Positions 43,309 to 57,011 of a stretch of DNA of 64,000 bases are shown here, piece after piece. The stretch comes from Trichoplax adhaerens. Its lineage: Eukaryota; Animalia; Placozoa. Below the pieces are notes generated by a model. That model ran no database searches. It saw nothing but the letters and a program-made list of their open reading frames with translations, and was not told the origin of the DNA. The stretch covers positions 5,440,336-5,504,335 of the forward strand of contig NW_002060948.1 in NCBI RefSeq assembly GCF_000150275.1, given 5' to 3'. How positions within the stretch are numbered: position 1 is the stretch's first letter; each line of letters opens with the position of its first letter. A program made the position numbers and the translations under genes.

Positions 43309-46300
43309 TTTCATAACAGCAGTTTATAGTATGACGTATGTTTGCAATCATATACCACATTCATAAATATTGAATAAGCAATTTCCTTCTTTATAAACCA
43401 AGGAATATAGCATACAGTGAGTAGACATAAATGAATTTGTAACTATTGTAGAAATAGCCTTCCCTAAACTAAACGTAGTGAGATTCAAGGATTTGAACAA
43501 CTGTTGATATAGTTTTCTAAATGTAAAGTATCGTGTATTGAAGTAATATAATGTAGATATCTGGCAGTTAAAGTAATTTACAGCTGTCTGTACATGTACA
43601 TTTCATACTGAATTTAACTTGAAATATGTTCTTGGAGTGATATACGCTGCATGTTCATATGAAGTTCTTCGCTCGTTTCTATAACAGTACCTTATTTCTA
43701 TTAGAATTCTTAATCTCCTTTTCCATATTTAGTGATCGTGAAAACTTTAAATTGTATAAAATCATATATTTAATGCTATAAAGTATATTTACAATCATGC
43801 GCGGATTGTATAAATATTAAACGAGCATTTTCGTCTTTTAATTATTAACTAAAGATTGGAGTTTAGGGTTGCTTTATACGAGCTAGTATAAATATAAACA
43901 TGTACTAGTACATATTTATGGTGCAAATGACACATTTTTAGGTTAAGCCTGGCGAGAATAATTTTAAAGTACTCTATAGTCTACATTGTGTAAAGTTTGC
44001 ATTCAGTGGTAGATGTATCATTGCAATCTTATTCCTTAAGCATAAAAAATAATAAGTATTTTTGTTTGCTTTAGACTAACCATCATGATGTATTGCAAAA
44101 ATAGCAGTTTTTAGGTTAAAACTGGTACGAGTATTATTTCAGATTACATTGCAATATTAAAGCATGCTTTCAGTGCTACGATGCACAGTTGTAGACATGA
44201 ATGGGTCATATGAATATTAAAAGAGCAATTTCGTCCATTATAGGCAAAAGACCGTAGTGTTAAATCGCAAGATGCGAGTAAATTTTTATCGTTAGATATT
44301 TATTTTGGAAATATTTCCTACATTTAACCTTGCAAGAGTAATGTTTCAGACAATCTCTATAATATGCATGTAGCGATTCGATGCGTAGCAAAAATCGTAT
44401 ACCGCTTGTATAAATATATAATGAGAAATTTCGTCCTTTGTATGCTAAAGATGGCTACTTAGAGTAGGTATAGACAATTAAAATTTGTAGCCGTTAGTAG
44501 AAATAGCGTTCTAGGATTTTTAGCTTAAGCCTAGCAAGAGTTGTCTATTGCAGATTACTTTGTGCATAAGCATTGATTCAGTGGTATAATGGCTAATTCC
44601 AAACATATACACTATGTCGAGCTTTCATTAAAAATATACACAGCACTTTAGCAAGATAATATTATCATTATATCATCATTAATGCACGGTATAAATAAAC
44701 TAGCGATAGACAAATTATTTTATTGTATAAAGTCAAAATTGCGTGATGCCATACAGCCTAAATACGCCACTCAACCTAATAGGCGGTTTGTATCCTTAAC
44801 TAAGCAGACTTCCTAATATTTGTATCCTCCCTTACATTAGTAAAATGGTTATTAAGTAGCTTAGCCTTGAGTAACTCTCCCAAGTGGACCTAACTATCCG
44901 TCTCTAGGACTTCTATAATTACGATAGCTACCATACTTTTTGAATCTCCTTATATTACACATGGTACAAATGAACATTTAAAGAGAATCTCATCCATGTT
45001 GACAAAAAGTTCATAGAGCAAATTTTGTCATTATTTGCAGGACCTAACATTCTCTAACGTTCTTTAATCTAAACATAACAAGTTGCACTTTAAAGATTAC
45101 TTTATATTATAAAAGTAAATGTTCAATTATATGTCACTTCATTATAATATTTAGTAGATTTTAAGTAGTCTCACCAGTAGTTTTGCGGTAGAAACCCATA
45201 ATACACCTATTGAATTTTATGCATACTTAGTCACGCTAAAGGGGAGAAGTTTTCTATACAGATTTAGGCCATTGTCACAAATTTTCTTCTTTGTGAACCG
45301 TTCACTCCTCTAGTAAGTAATATCCTAATGCTCTCGAGGTACGCATAGGTAATCGATTACTCGAAAAGTGTTCAGTAGTAAGTTTATTATCTCGCTCAAC
45401 GAGCCTTCGTGACTACTGAATTTCGAAACAACTAGTCATTAAGAGCTCGCTCCTTTCATACTCTCTGAGCCTCGGAGCTCTGCAAAATTTCATAGGTGCA
45501 AGTTATTACCAGTTAGATTACTTAATACAAAACTATATTCATCAACTGTCCGAAGTGCAATAGTGCATTTACAACTAAAGTTAATATTCCAAATTCAATT
45601 AACAATTAATGATCATATTTCATTGTCGTAAGTAATTACCTTACGGTGGCAAAGCACCGTAGCAGCCCCGTAAATTTCGCTCGCAACTTAGAAATTGCTA
45701 TTGTAGCGTAAAAATATTGATAAATAAATTTTCTGGTAAGAGATTTTCATACAATGATATTTTTATTGCATGATGTTATTTTATAAATACCTATGCTCTA
45801 GAGAACTTAGCAGATGGATATTTCAAAAATTTCTTTACGTGGGAATTTACAATATTCTAAATGTTAAACTTGCTATTGCCTGATCATTAAATATGAAAGA
45901 CAGTTAATTCATCAAAATATTGTATAAATAATGAATTGAATAATGAAATTTAGATACGAGAATATCCGCAAGTAGAACTATGGCATTGCTTAATGGCAAA
46001 ATTAGAAAGAAATATGTTCAACTTTTAAATATTTGGTAGATAGTTGCGTACAGTATGGTATTTGGATTATGACAAGTTCCTGCTCCTAGACAACTGATAT
46101 TAAGGGCAATTAAAATCGTTAGCATTATAAATTTCTAATTTCGATATCCTATAAATCGACTTCATTTTAAATCTGATAAAGATCACAGCTTACAGACATT
46201 CAGTGGGTGATGTTTTATTAGAATTGCGAAGGCCTATGGAGATAGATGATCATTAATTATCGATATCGTGGACGATGTTAAATAGCCTTAGAATAATATT

Positions 46301-47031
46301 AATTTATTCCATTGCCTAGATGCTTAGACAACCTATAGTGTTCATTTCTAAATCATTAACTAGCATATATATCTAGCTGTAATGCACTCGGAAGGTCAAT
46401 TAACCTATTAATTAAAAATGATACCTTTTACGTAGAGATCTTAACGTAATAATCACCATTTTTGGCCATCGCTGATGCATTGCCAATTGAGAGTTTAAAT
46501 ATTTCATATCTTAATTATGATCCCTCCTGTTACAAATATAATACCTCTTAAATAGTGGAGGTAACTTTCGATTAATATGCCCTAGATACCGTACATATAA
46601 CAAGCAAAGCCAGTATAAATACTTAAGGGGAAAAATAAACAGCAAATAGTTAAATTATTTGACCAATGCATCTAAACTTGCAATTTTATTTTAGAATTGT
46701 AAATGATTCCAGAGCGTTTTTCATTCCTAGCTGATATAAAGTTATGAAAAGTGTTATATTCAATTTGTACTACTTAAGTGAGAATTTTACTTAATTTGCC
46801 TCAGTAAAGTATATCATATATAAAATAAACTCTATGCTGTAAATACGAATTACTGTAGCAGGGAATTTTCAATACAGTTTCTGTTCCTCCAGAAGCTAGT
46901 GCTGGAAGTGCAAATCATTTGTATGATAGAACAGTTATCATTATTAATAATTAGATATGCATGGCCAAGACGGCAATGGTAAATATCCGTCAGAAGAACG
47001 CTTTAGTAAGCCTTATTAATATTAAATATGC

Positions 47032-47592
47032 CTAGACATTTATTGTTGAAATTAGGCATTTTTGGCGACAAGAAAGTCTAATTTTAAACTATAAAAGCAA
47101 CCAAATAATCCATTGTAATCTGATCTCGGATATATTTAATGAAATGGTAAAAAATTACATACCTCGGCCATCATCAATTTTCAGTAAGAAGGAGAACAAG
47201 ACCTGTTTTCATCTATAGGTTTCGTTTTATTCCTTTTCTTACTTTGTACTTACATGATCACATGCTAATAAAAAATTAGTATGCAAATTTCATAACAATA
47301 TGAGACTTAGACTTTATTGTTGAAATTGGATGTTTTTAGCGACAAGAAACCTAATTTTAAACTAGAATAGCAAACTAAATGTAATCCATTGAAATATGAT
47401 CTCGAATATTTTTATTAATATGATAATAAAAACTATTATATACCTTTACTATCCTAAAATTTTATTAAGTTTGGGAGAATATGATATACTTTTTACGAGT
47501 AGATTTCGTTTTATTCATTTTCTGACTTCATACTGATATGATAACACGTTAAATAAAAGTTATTATTCAAATTTCTCAACAACATAAGACTT
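47032..47592. repeat. Diverged tandem duplication, two units of about 276 bp
   Basis: TAGAC(A)TTTATTGTTGAAATT...GCGACAAGAAA...AATTTTAAACTA at about 47032 and 47308. The downstream TTTCGTTTTATTC is also duplicated. Confidence 0.85.
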
Positions 47593-49146
47593 GTATGATT
47601 AGCGTTGCCTAATACAAATAGAACATTAAACCATTATCGGTTATTGCCATATTAGATCAAGTCCTTCAACTTCTCATCACTAAAAGGCAGAAGACAGTTA
47701 TGTAATATACTGTACAGTGATAAATTAGCTTTAGCTTCTTTGTTTATATTGTCTTTACTAGAAATCGCATCTTGATTAATATTATAAGTATTCTCTTCAA
47801 GCATTTTATTCAAGCAGATATAAATATGCTTTCTATAAATCATAAACGATATTATACAATAAGCGATGGAAATATATTCTATTCTTAGTTCACCTTTAGC
47901 CAACTATTTATCTTATTTTACTAGAAAAACATTTTTACTAATATTAGAAATATTCTATTCGAGTATTTATTCGAGTCAGCTTGCGCATAATTCTCATAAA
48001 TCTTAAACAACATAACATAATAAGCAATAAAAATATGTCTTTATTCTATAACATAAAGACCTTCCAGAGTACGGACTATTATTGTGTACGCATATGCACC
48101 TTATTTCCATGCTAGCGTAGAAAGGCATATATAGCTATTTCATGCATAATTGTTGTTAGACAGGAATGTATATACATGATATTATTCAGAATATTCTCCT
48201 AAACAGAGTTGGATAACTTAATAAAGTGATCCTCAAACAATACTTTTAATCTATAAATCTTTAATAAATCTAATTGTCAATCAACGATAGCATTTAATTT
48301 AGCATTAAGGCTTCGTACCAGGGCCTTATTATTAACATTGAACTAAATTCTAGTTCTAAATCAATCTATCACACTTTATATCATTCACAAGTCATATTTT
48401 CCAGATATTGCAAAAGTTTTATACTAATTTCTTGCTGACAGATGCAACTTTAAGAATGCTTTTATAGTCGATTTTTAATCTTGTCTGAGTTGGGAAAGTT
48501 TTGCTATCGTTAACCTAGGAATAGAATATCAAACATATAAGAATAGTTTCCACTTTAATTGTATCATGAAAACATACTCTATTAGCGTATATTTTGAGAA
48601 TTATATTTATTTACTGATCTATAGTTTATGTAATCTATTATCGGACTCATTGTCCTTAGAATAAAATGAAATGCATTAAATATTCCCTTATCGAATGAAA
48701 TCATGCATAGATGATTTGGTTTTAAGATTATACTTAATCTCATGTTAATATTATCCTCATGTTAGTCGGGCAATATTTCCGCTTGACAACACCAGTTGAA
48801 GCATTCCTTGGTGAAGAAGAAAGGTGAGTTTTTAATGTAGCTAAAAATGGTTATACTTTATGCAGAAATTTTAGTAAAATTTTATCATGCAAACGAGATA
48901 TAAAATAAATGTTTATTTCTAAACTCATGCGGTTAGTAACTAACTGTGTGACTGATTAAACTTCTTTCCTATCCTATCGCCCTCATCATTAAACTTCTAG
49001 ATTTACCATTTAGCTTCTCATCATTTGTAGTCGAAATATGCTATATAGTGCGTAAGGTGGCTATTAAAAAAAATATTAATTTCAACTTGATATTTTCAGT
49101 TCCAGTTTCTTCATTATTAGCCTTGGAACTACAACTGCAACAAGAC

Positions 49147-50193
49147 ATGGAAAATACAACGATAGATATAGATGAGGATATCAATCAAACCACAGTCGAT
49201 TATTTTATAACGCAATTTCCAAATTCTACGTTCTGTCCATCCTTGCAAGCCATTTTAAATATTCTTCATGTAATCATTAGTGGTTTAACTATTTTTATCA
49301 ATTTGAGCATATTTTTAATCATCATCTGTCGCAAAAGACTGCGTAAATGGAATAATTTTTACCTATGCGGTATGTTTTTAGCAGCTACTGGAACAGCTAC
49401 TGCCAACATTATCCATAAGGTACTATTTAAAATGGATCTAATTTTAGTTTTTCAACAAGGATTTATTGCTGTCTTTAACTATTTGATTGCTGTCGTAACA
49501 TTTAATCGATTTTTGCGCGTTTGTGAGCCTATACGTTATAAAAGTATCATGACTAAAACAGTTATTGCCAGCGCTACATTATCTTGTTATCTATTTTGCT
49601 TTATCATTCCAATTGTTGATTTTATTTTAAGACATTTCTTACAAAACCCAATGGATGCTCTATTAGTTCGGATGTTAAATTGGCTCTTGGTATGCCATAT
49701 TTACATTCTACCATGTGCTTGCACTATTTTCCTCTATATTCGTATCGTTATGATTGTATTCTCTCGTGCCCAGTTTTTAAATCAAATTTCGCTATATCAT
49801 GCCACGCGATGCAAAACTAATATGAAATCATTTCAACAATTAGCATTAATTGTGACTCTGTACATTTTATGTTGGTTGCCCTACTGCATATGCTATCTGG
49901 TATTGTCACGCTCTCCCAGTCAAATTGCCGAGACAACATCGATTATTAATATTCTCGTCTTGCTAATATTTTTCCATCAAGCCATCAATCCGATCTTGTA
50001 TGTTGCTCTAACAACAACGATTAAAGATGAAGTGATTGACATTGCCTATAATCCACATGGTAGATATCCACGGTCTCGAAGTAATCGTAAAACATTCACA
50101 TCGAGTGGTAAAGGCGAAACAGTTAGCACAACTACTAATTGTGAAGCCCATCCACATCGTATTCATGATATCCGTGAGGTGACTCATTTCTAA
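49147..50193 (+). CDS. Intronless-CDS class A GPCR, 348 aa from MENTT
   Basis: N-glycosylation sequons in the N-terminus, TM1 FINLSI, TFNRF at the DRY position, CWLPY and NPILY. The first ATG is at 49147; the ORF-track start at 49048 is a GTG upstream of a splice acceptor (TTTTCAG, 49099). Confidence 0.9.
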   Translation: MENTTIDIDEDINQTTVDYFITQFPNSTFCPSLQAILNILHVIISGLTIFINLSIFLIIICRKRLRKWNNFYLCGMFLAATGTATANIIHKVLFKMDLILVFQQGFIAVFNYLIAVVTFNRFLRVCEPIRYKSIMTKTVIASATLSCYLFCFIIPIVDFILRHFLQNPMDALLVRMLNWLLVCHIYILPCACTIFLYIRIVMIVFSRAQFLNQISLYHATRCKTNMKSFQQLALIVTLYILCWLPYCICYLVLSRSPSQIAETTSIINILVLLIFFHQAINPILYVALTTTIKDEVIDIAYNPHGRYPRSRSNRKTFTSSGKGETVSTTTNCEAHPHRIHDIREVTHF

Positions 50194-51216
50194 GCTAGTT
50201 GAATGGGTAATCATGACATGACTAGATCTATTTGGGGTTGATAGTAATTTTCTATCTCAAATATCCCAAAAAGTCTTTCCGATATTACAACTGTGTTCAT
50301 TGCATGCTTGATTTTCTCAATATCGCTAACATTTGATGTTATACGATTACTTTGCACAAAATAGTCAATCTACTTGTATCTATTATTAAGATACGATGGA
50401 AGACGATGGCTTGGTAAAATTTTATCGTTTATATGGCACTAAAAGCTGAGACCAATTTAAAATTATAATTTTGAGATAAAATCATCATTATGCTGTTATA
50501 TTCTCCTGGAATATACTAATTTCAGCTATATAAGTATTTATGCACAGTAAGACAACGAAAAATTCTATTATTATGCGGAATAAGTTTATCCAGCGGAAAG
50601 GCGTTATTAACCTGAAAAACTATTAGAATTGATCATTTAAAATAGTCGTCTTGAAAATAGCATGATAGAATGCAGATGAACATGGTTGCTTTTGCAATTT
50701 TCTTAGAATGGCATCGAACAATGACTTAAAAATGAGGCATTAAGAGATTTCAAAATTTCATGTCTTCCTGCTCATCAACATTTTAGCAGCAATCTCTAAA
50801 TCAAGCCTTGAGGGCGATTTTTTATTATAATAATCGAAAGTCAAGACAGAGAACTCCCGCTAAATCGTCATTTGAGTAAAATATTGATGAAGGTATTATG
50901 GATTTGCTCGATCTTATTGTTCAGAAGTTAAATTTAAACGGTACTGTTACATCATTCTACTACAATATTAGTCCTAAATAAATAAGATATATTTGTTGAT
51001 ACTTTTAACAAGTCCGGTAAAATTTTACCACACCATGTCGAAAATTGGATTTGCATTTCAAATGTCTACTCTGTTGTTGAAAATTTTTATTTGCTTTAAA
51101 ATCTAGCAATCGCTAATGAAATACGGCTTTATAAATGTTATAAATGATTTTATAGAAAATAAGAATATGAATGCCTATTTCAATATCCATATTTGAATCA
51201 AGTGGATCCTAGTCTT

Positions 51217-51401
51217 TAGAGTCCCTAAATGGAGTAAATACACCACTCGAACCCGATAAAACCCAACCAAACTGTTGACTTTCAAACCCGAAATGAGTTA
51301 AATCGCCATACAAATACTATATCGGTACAGAATTACTTAACTCGAACCCCTCTCTCGAATAGGGTTCAAGTCGGGTTTTGAGTTGACTTTTAAGGACACT
51401 G
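51217..51401. mobile_element. 185-bp non-autonomous hAT-like MITE
   Basis: Imperfect 13-bp terminal inverted repeats (TAGAGTCCCTAAA vs CAGTGTCCTTAAA on the minus strand). Flanking 8-mers CTAGTCTT and GTAATCTT match 6/8. Internal AACCC/GGGTT subterminal motifs. Confidence 0.6.
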
Positions 51402-54400
51402 GTAATCTTTACGGGTTATACGTTCTTTCTGTAATTTTAAGAACACTGTGATAATCATATAATCACATTGGTTTTGGATTGATTTACTGTCTTTATATCT
51501 TTTTATTCGCTATTTGTCTATTTTGTACGTAAGATTGTGAAATATGCAGCATTATATGTACCAAGTTATAAGCTTATTCTAGTAACCTTCTTCTTACGGT
51601 TAAGATTTATTATTATTGACTTAAGCGCTACTGTTTTTATTCACTGCAATTCAACTTTAAAAACAAAATTGCAAAGTTATATCGCGCCATATATATAGAA
51701 TATGTGCGCATAATACCAAAAATAAATTTGATAATAATTTATTAAGCTATTATAATGATGATCTGCATTACATCAATATCTTTGTAGAAAATTTAAGTCG
51801 ATAGAAAGCCGATATAAACATATTCCTATCTGATATAGTTTAGGCTGATAGTTTATCGTAGCATGATTTTAATCTTTACTTTATATAATTGAATAACTTG
51901 CTAATTATGTTTATTTAAAGTGGTTCGAACGATTCTATAGAGATAAGATCATTTTTTTTAGTACAATAAGTGATAACTGTACCTGTGGAAAATTATTAAT
52001 ATGAATAAGTATATTATATATAGTTAATAGCGATACAACGTATGCTATATCACTTTATTCTATAATAAGTTATTTCTCATTCAACTTTTGCTATATTAAA
52101 TAAATATGTAACCAATTTGTTATGCTATGGAAGAGCTATTCCTTATTTTACTGATTAATTTGGCTTTCCATAGTATTGATAATTTGGTGGTCAAAGTAAT
52201 CATTATAATTATGACTGAAATTGTTTTTCTCTTTATAGTAATATATTTCATTTTTATCCTGTTTTAAATTCTGGTATTATCTCAATTGTTAATTTTTATT
52301 TAATTTGATAAATTATTTATTCGCTTCATGCTGATAATTGTACTGAGGCTAATTCTGGTTATTTACTCGTATAATACTTAATTAAATAGATAATGCCTAT
52401 ATTAATAACATCATTTTTATCTGACTAAATTCTATTATCTCCATGCTATTTATCTTTCATAGCTGTTACTATTTCTATTTTACCGCATCTCTTATGACAT
52501 GGTTTTGTTTTTAAGGTTACTAGGCATTAATTCTGTTCGACTAGTTTAAGTGAATGACGTTTTAATTAAACAATTCATTGTTCAATCAAAAAGACGATTT
52601 TTGTGACTTTAAACAATGTGAATACACTACAGAACATTTTAACAGCTGCTAATACCTATAATTCCTTTTCTCAAGATTTGAGATAGCCGATCTATAACGA
52701 CCGATTTAAATGGTCTAATAATTGGAACATAGGTAATATACCACAGACAATGGCTAGATGTCAAATATTTTATCAGTTTCTGAGCTTCGAATACTATAAT
52801 TTATAATGCCTACATAGACTACCAGAAATTAAAACATAGTAGAAATTCTCAGTAGTCCATGTTACTGGTGTCTCTGATCATTTAATTTTTTTATCTAGTA
52901 ATCCGAATCATCAATTTTTAATACTGTTAGTTAGATTTCGTAGTTAAAATTAGTCGATAACATATTTTTAGTTGCTCTTAAACGGTGTGTGAATAAACCG
53001 TTTTCATAACTTGTCATATTATATTTTACATCCATAAGACCAACTAGATTATAATTTTGATCAATTTTGCAAGATTTAATAAGATAATGAATTAATCAAA
53101 TAGACCTGATATGAATCAGGTATATAATATTTATTATTCCATGATCGTTACCTTAAGTGATAAAAATTTTGTTTGTTATTTCATAATCATTCTTTAAACA
53201 ATATACAAACTCTAAAGTTTAAATATTATACCAATAGTTTAATTCTACGAGACTGCGTACAATTCAATAGAATCGTGGATAATTCAGTAGAGATTTCCAG
53301 TTATCTCCTACCATCTCTAAATATTGGCTATACTAGACAGTTATCCTTGATTTTTCCATCTACAAAATACTTTAATTCGATGAAACTATAAATAAATCAA
53401 AGAAACTAATTTCAGTCGTATTGATGCCATTAGTGGGTATCGCTTCAATTTTTATAGAGATACTTTATTCTCATGTTGTTACGGTGTTGCCTTATCATTA
53501 GGATAGTTTAATAAGTACAGTAGTAGCTAGTATGGAGAATATCCATATTTGTAGGGCTAGGTAAGATAAGTAATGCCTTAACGTGGATGTTGTTTGCGAT
53601 ACTTCATTACATATTTGATATTGATTGTTACTGTGTGATAGATAGCAGTAAGATGATTCAAGTTCTAATTGATGATAGTTGAATTAGACAACCTACGAGC
53701 TTAGATTAAGATTAAGTATGAGTAAGAGATTCAAAATATTTACTGATAGGAAAGCTAGGTAATAAGGAATATCTCAGTTCGAGATGTTTCTCCTAGTAAG
53801 GTATAATCACAATACTGTTGTTGTTTACAAATTGGACGGTTCCTATATAAACGGGAACATTTGAGTTGAGTGGTGTGGTAAAAAGTTGTAGATGTATCTT
53901 TGCTAATAAAAGTTTCATCTTTACAGTATTTTGCTGTATGTGTTTAACGTTAAGTAAAAGAGCGTTTAAGTCAGTAGCTACTTATAGACTTTTACTGTAC
54001 ATTACCTTGTCGCAGAAGTGAAATTGTGACACATGTATAAAATACTGTATTTAATTCGATGAAACTATAGCTAGATCACTAGAACTAATTTCAGTCCTTT
54101 TTTACTTTATCACTAAAGACTGCTCATACTTGGGCGCAGATGACTTTCGTCTACTCTTACTGGAGTTGCAGATATTATTTATTTATTTTGTTCACACTAT
54201 TTTCGCACTAGTAGGCTATATCTATAATTTAAAAGTCGTTTGGATCATGGTCGTACGTGTAAAGAATTTCAAATATTTTTATACCTGTTAAAATATATTA
54301 GTATAATACATAAGGTATGTGAAGACTATCCAGATTATCATAATCTATCCTTGCTCTTCCACATTCAAAGCTATATTCTTTTGTTTGGTGTTGTCTCCAA

Positions 54401-55989
54401 CGTAAAGTATATGTAGACCATTTCAGGATAACAGCTATACAATGTATCCTTGTTCATCCTATTATATACTCAAAACTATATGTTTCCTATGTCGTTGTCT
54501 CCGACATAAGAAAATACAGTTATAGAGAAAAAATTATAACGATTGGATTGGCATTTATAGTAGTCTACACAAATGGGTATAAAATTGTTTACGAAGGCCC
54601 ATAATTACTTTTGTGAATGATAGAATTTATTTTGCTCTGTAATTATATATCTGGGTCAATAAGAAAATTTTCAATCCATATCATCTATTCTAATGATCGA
54701 AAAAGCTTATGCCATATGTAGGTGGCAATGATCGGCAGGCATAGAAATTTTCGAATAGATTCCTCGGTGAAATCGAAAAAGATCACGTTCTATCATGGAT
54801 TTACTCGCTTTTCGTTGTACCGTCTAGATTTGCTATAGTTATCAACCGATGAACATAACAATATTAAAGCTTGTTCTAATAACTTTATTTATAAGTTTAA
54901 CACGTGCTGTTATAAAAGAAAGGAAAATAACGAGTATCTTTATAATCTCATACATATTTTAGTAGCCATAAACATATTAGAGTAAGTTATTTATTTTAGA
55001 TATATGAGTAAATACATGATGAGCTATCTATCACCTTTATACAGTGGTAAAATAAATATGTCCAATTTTATATAACATACATGAACACATAAATAGCAAT
55101 ACTACGCTAGGAGTATTTGGTGAGTGCTTGAACTGTAGACGATTTCGTCCACTAATATAAACATTTGTAAGCATACATTTTAAATCGTTTTTTCTTTTGC
55201 TCTATTTCTTTCTTAAAATATCATGATATGATGCATCAGTTTCATTAAATTAGAGCTAATTAAAAAAACGATATTAGTATGCGCTGCTCAGTTGAGCATA
55301 TAATATTTCAAGGTTTAATTGGCAAAACATCCGCCAGGCCTATATATACTTTTACAACAAGATTAAAGGTACAATAGTAATTTCTTGATAAGAAAAAGTC
55401 TAAAAACAGTGTTAATAAAAATAACATTTTCCACTTTAAGCCGTAAAATACCCAAAGGAATAACAAAGTCCCTCTAATAAATACGTGAAGTTTACAAAAG
55501 GCACTCTTAATAAAAAATAAGTAAGGCTATAAATAACATCTATAATAATCACAAAGTAATTCTATTGCTTGCTAAATTCTATCAACCTCTTCATCATGAT
55601 AGAAAGATTTAATACAGGAAAATAGAAAGTTTCTAAAGTTCTTTCATCAATCTAAAAAGAATAAGTAATTCTATTTCCACTGTTAAATCATGAACAGCAA
55701 GTTCTCTATTCGATATATTTTCATTGCAAAGACTAAAATGAGATATTTCACTAGGAATGAATGCAATATTATTTCATCTATTTGTATTCAGACATAACCT
55801 TGCATAAATACCGTCATAAGTGAAAAAATTTCCATTTCTTTATCCTATTATAAAAATAAACAGTTGCATTAATATTACAATCTTTGATACAAACATTAAA
55901 GTTTAGGGAAACTCAATTTTTCAAGATTGTAAAGCACGATGATTGCCTTACAGAAAATCGAATATTAATACGATAGAATTATTTCAATC

Positions 55990-56380
55990 CTAAGTGCAAT
56001 CTATGATCGATGCCCTTCATTAAAGATCCAATTTTAGGTATCAATAAAGGGATAGGGAATAGCCAAGATTAATTAGGATAGTAGTGAAATCAAATAACTG
56101 AAAACGATCGAGTTCATTTTTCATCTTTCAAAATAGAAAGTAGATGCAAATAATTGCTAAATTATTAGAATTGAAACGTCAATAGAGCAACGAGTAATAG
56201 GCTAGTATCCTAAAATCATTTCATTGCTAGGCGCAATCTATGACCGATGTCCTCCATTAATGATCCAATTTTTGGTATTCATAAAGAGATTGGAAGTGGA
56301 TGAGACTAGCTCGGATAATAGTGAAATCAAATAACTGTATAAATAAATTGGTTTATTTTTTGCATTATTAAATAGAAAGT
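55990..56380. repeat. Diverged duplication, period about 237 bp
   Basis: GCAATCTATGAYCGATG...GATCCAATTTT...TAGTGAAATCAAATAACTG at about 55996 and 56233. Confidence 0.8.
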
Positions 56381-56700
56381 TTTCCGAAATAGACCAATCA
56401 ATCGGTCTGTTTTTATATTATTAAAAAAATTTTCCGTTAAAGACCAATCGTCTGGTCTATTTTCATATTATGTATATAGATATGTATATGATTGTTAGGC
56501 AGAAATATTTGGGCTAAAGACCAAACAATTGGTCTAGTTTTCATATTCTTAAACAGAATTTTCCGCTAAAGACCGATAAATTAATTTTATCTTTCATGCG
56601 ATTAAATCGAAAATTTTCACTACAGACCAATTGAGCGCTCTATCTTCCATACTATTGGACAGAAAATGTTTCGTTAAAGACCATGTCATGATTTCAGCTC
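56375..56700. repeat. About 52-bp minisatellite, six units, carrying an AGACC-N8-GGTCT dyad
   Basis: AGACC at 56391, 56441, 56518, 56570, 56624 and 56678. The dyad is perfect in the first three units. Confidence 0.8.
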
Positions 56701-57011
56701 TTTGCAGCATTTTCATGTTAGGGAATACAGTGATAATAGGATGCAGTGTAGAGCTAGATGTTGTAATAAAATAAATGTTAATTGGAGCTAGTATGATGAT
56801 GAAAAGGTTTACTTGTACAATCAGAGGCTTTTCCATTTTTCTTATTCCCCAAACTGAAAAGTTGCTATGGGCTATAGAAGGCCTTAGCGGATAGCTGTAT
56901 TAAGAATTAAGGATTATTATTTAGCCGCTAAGAATAGCAGTAGATACTGAACAAGGATGATAGAGACTGGAATTATTTCCTTGCTAGAAATAGCCGCTAA
57001 CGTTTACAGAG

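Noticed and set aside
45330-45485. GC-richer patch with short palindromes (GAGCTC...GAGCTC, CTCGCTCAACGAG)
   Set aside because: No defined termini, TSD or recognisable RNA family.
26169-47903. Scattered 60-110 aa ORFs (26169, 29760, 34828, 47652; likewise 53173 and 58742-63639)
   Set aside because: I/L/N/K/Y-biased composition typical of random AT-rich frames, with no motifs or exon chains.
53371-54097. Possible solo LTR at about 53474-53925 between two copies of an about 48-bp direct repeat
   Set aside because: TATA and AATAAA are present, but the termini are ambiguous and there is no TSD. Too weak to call.
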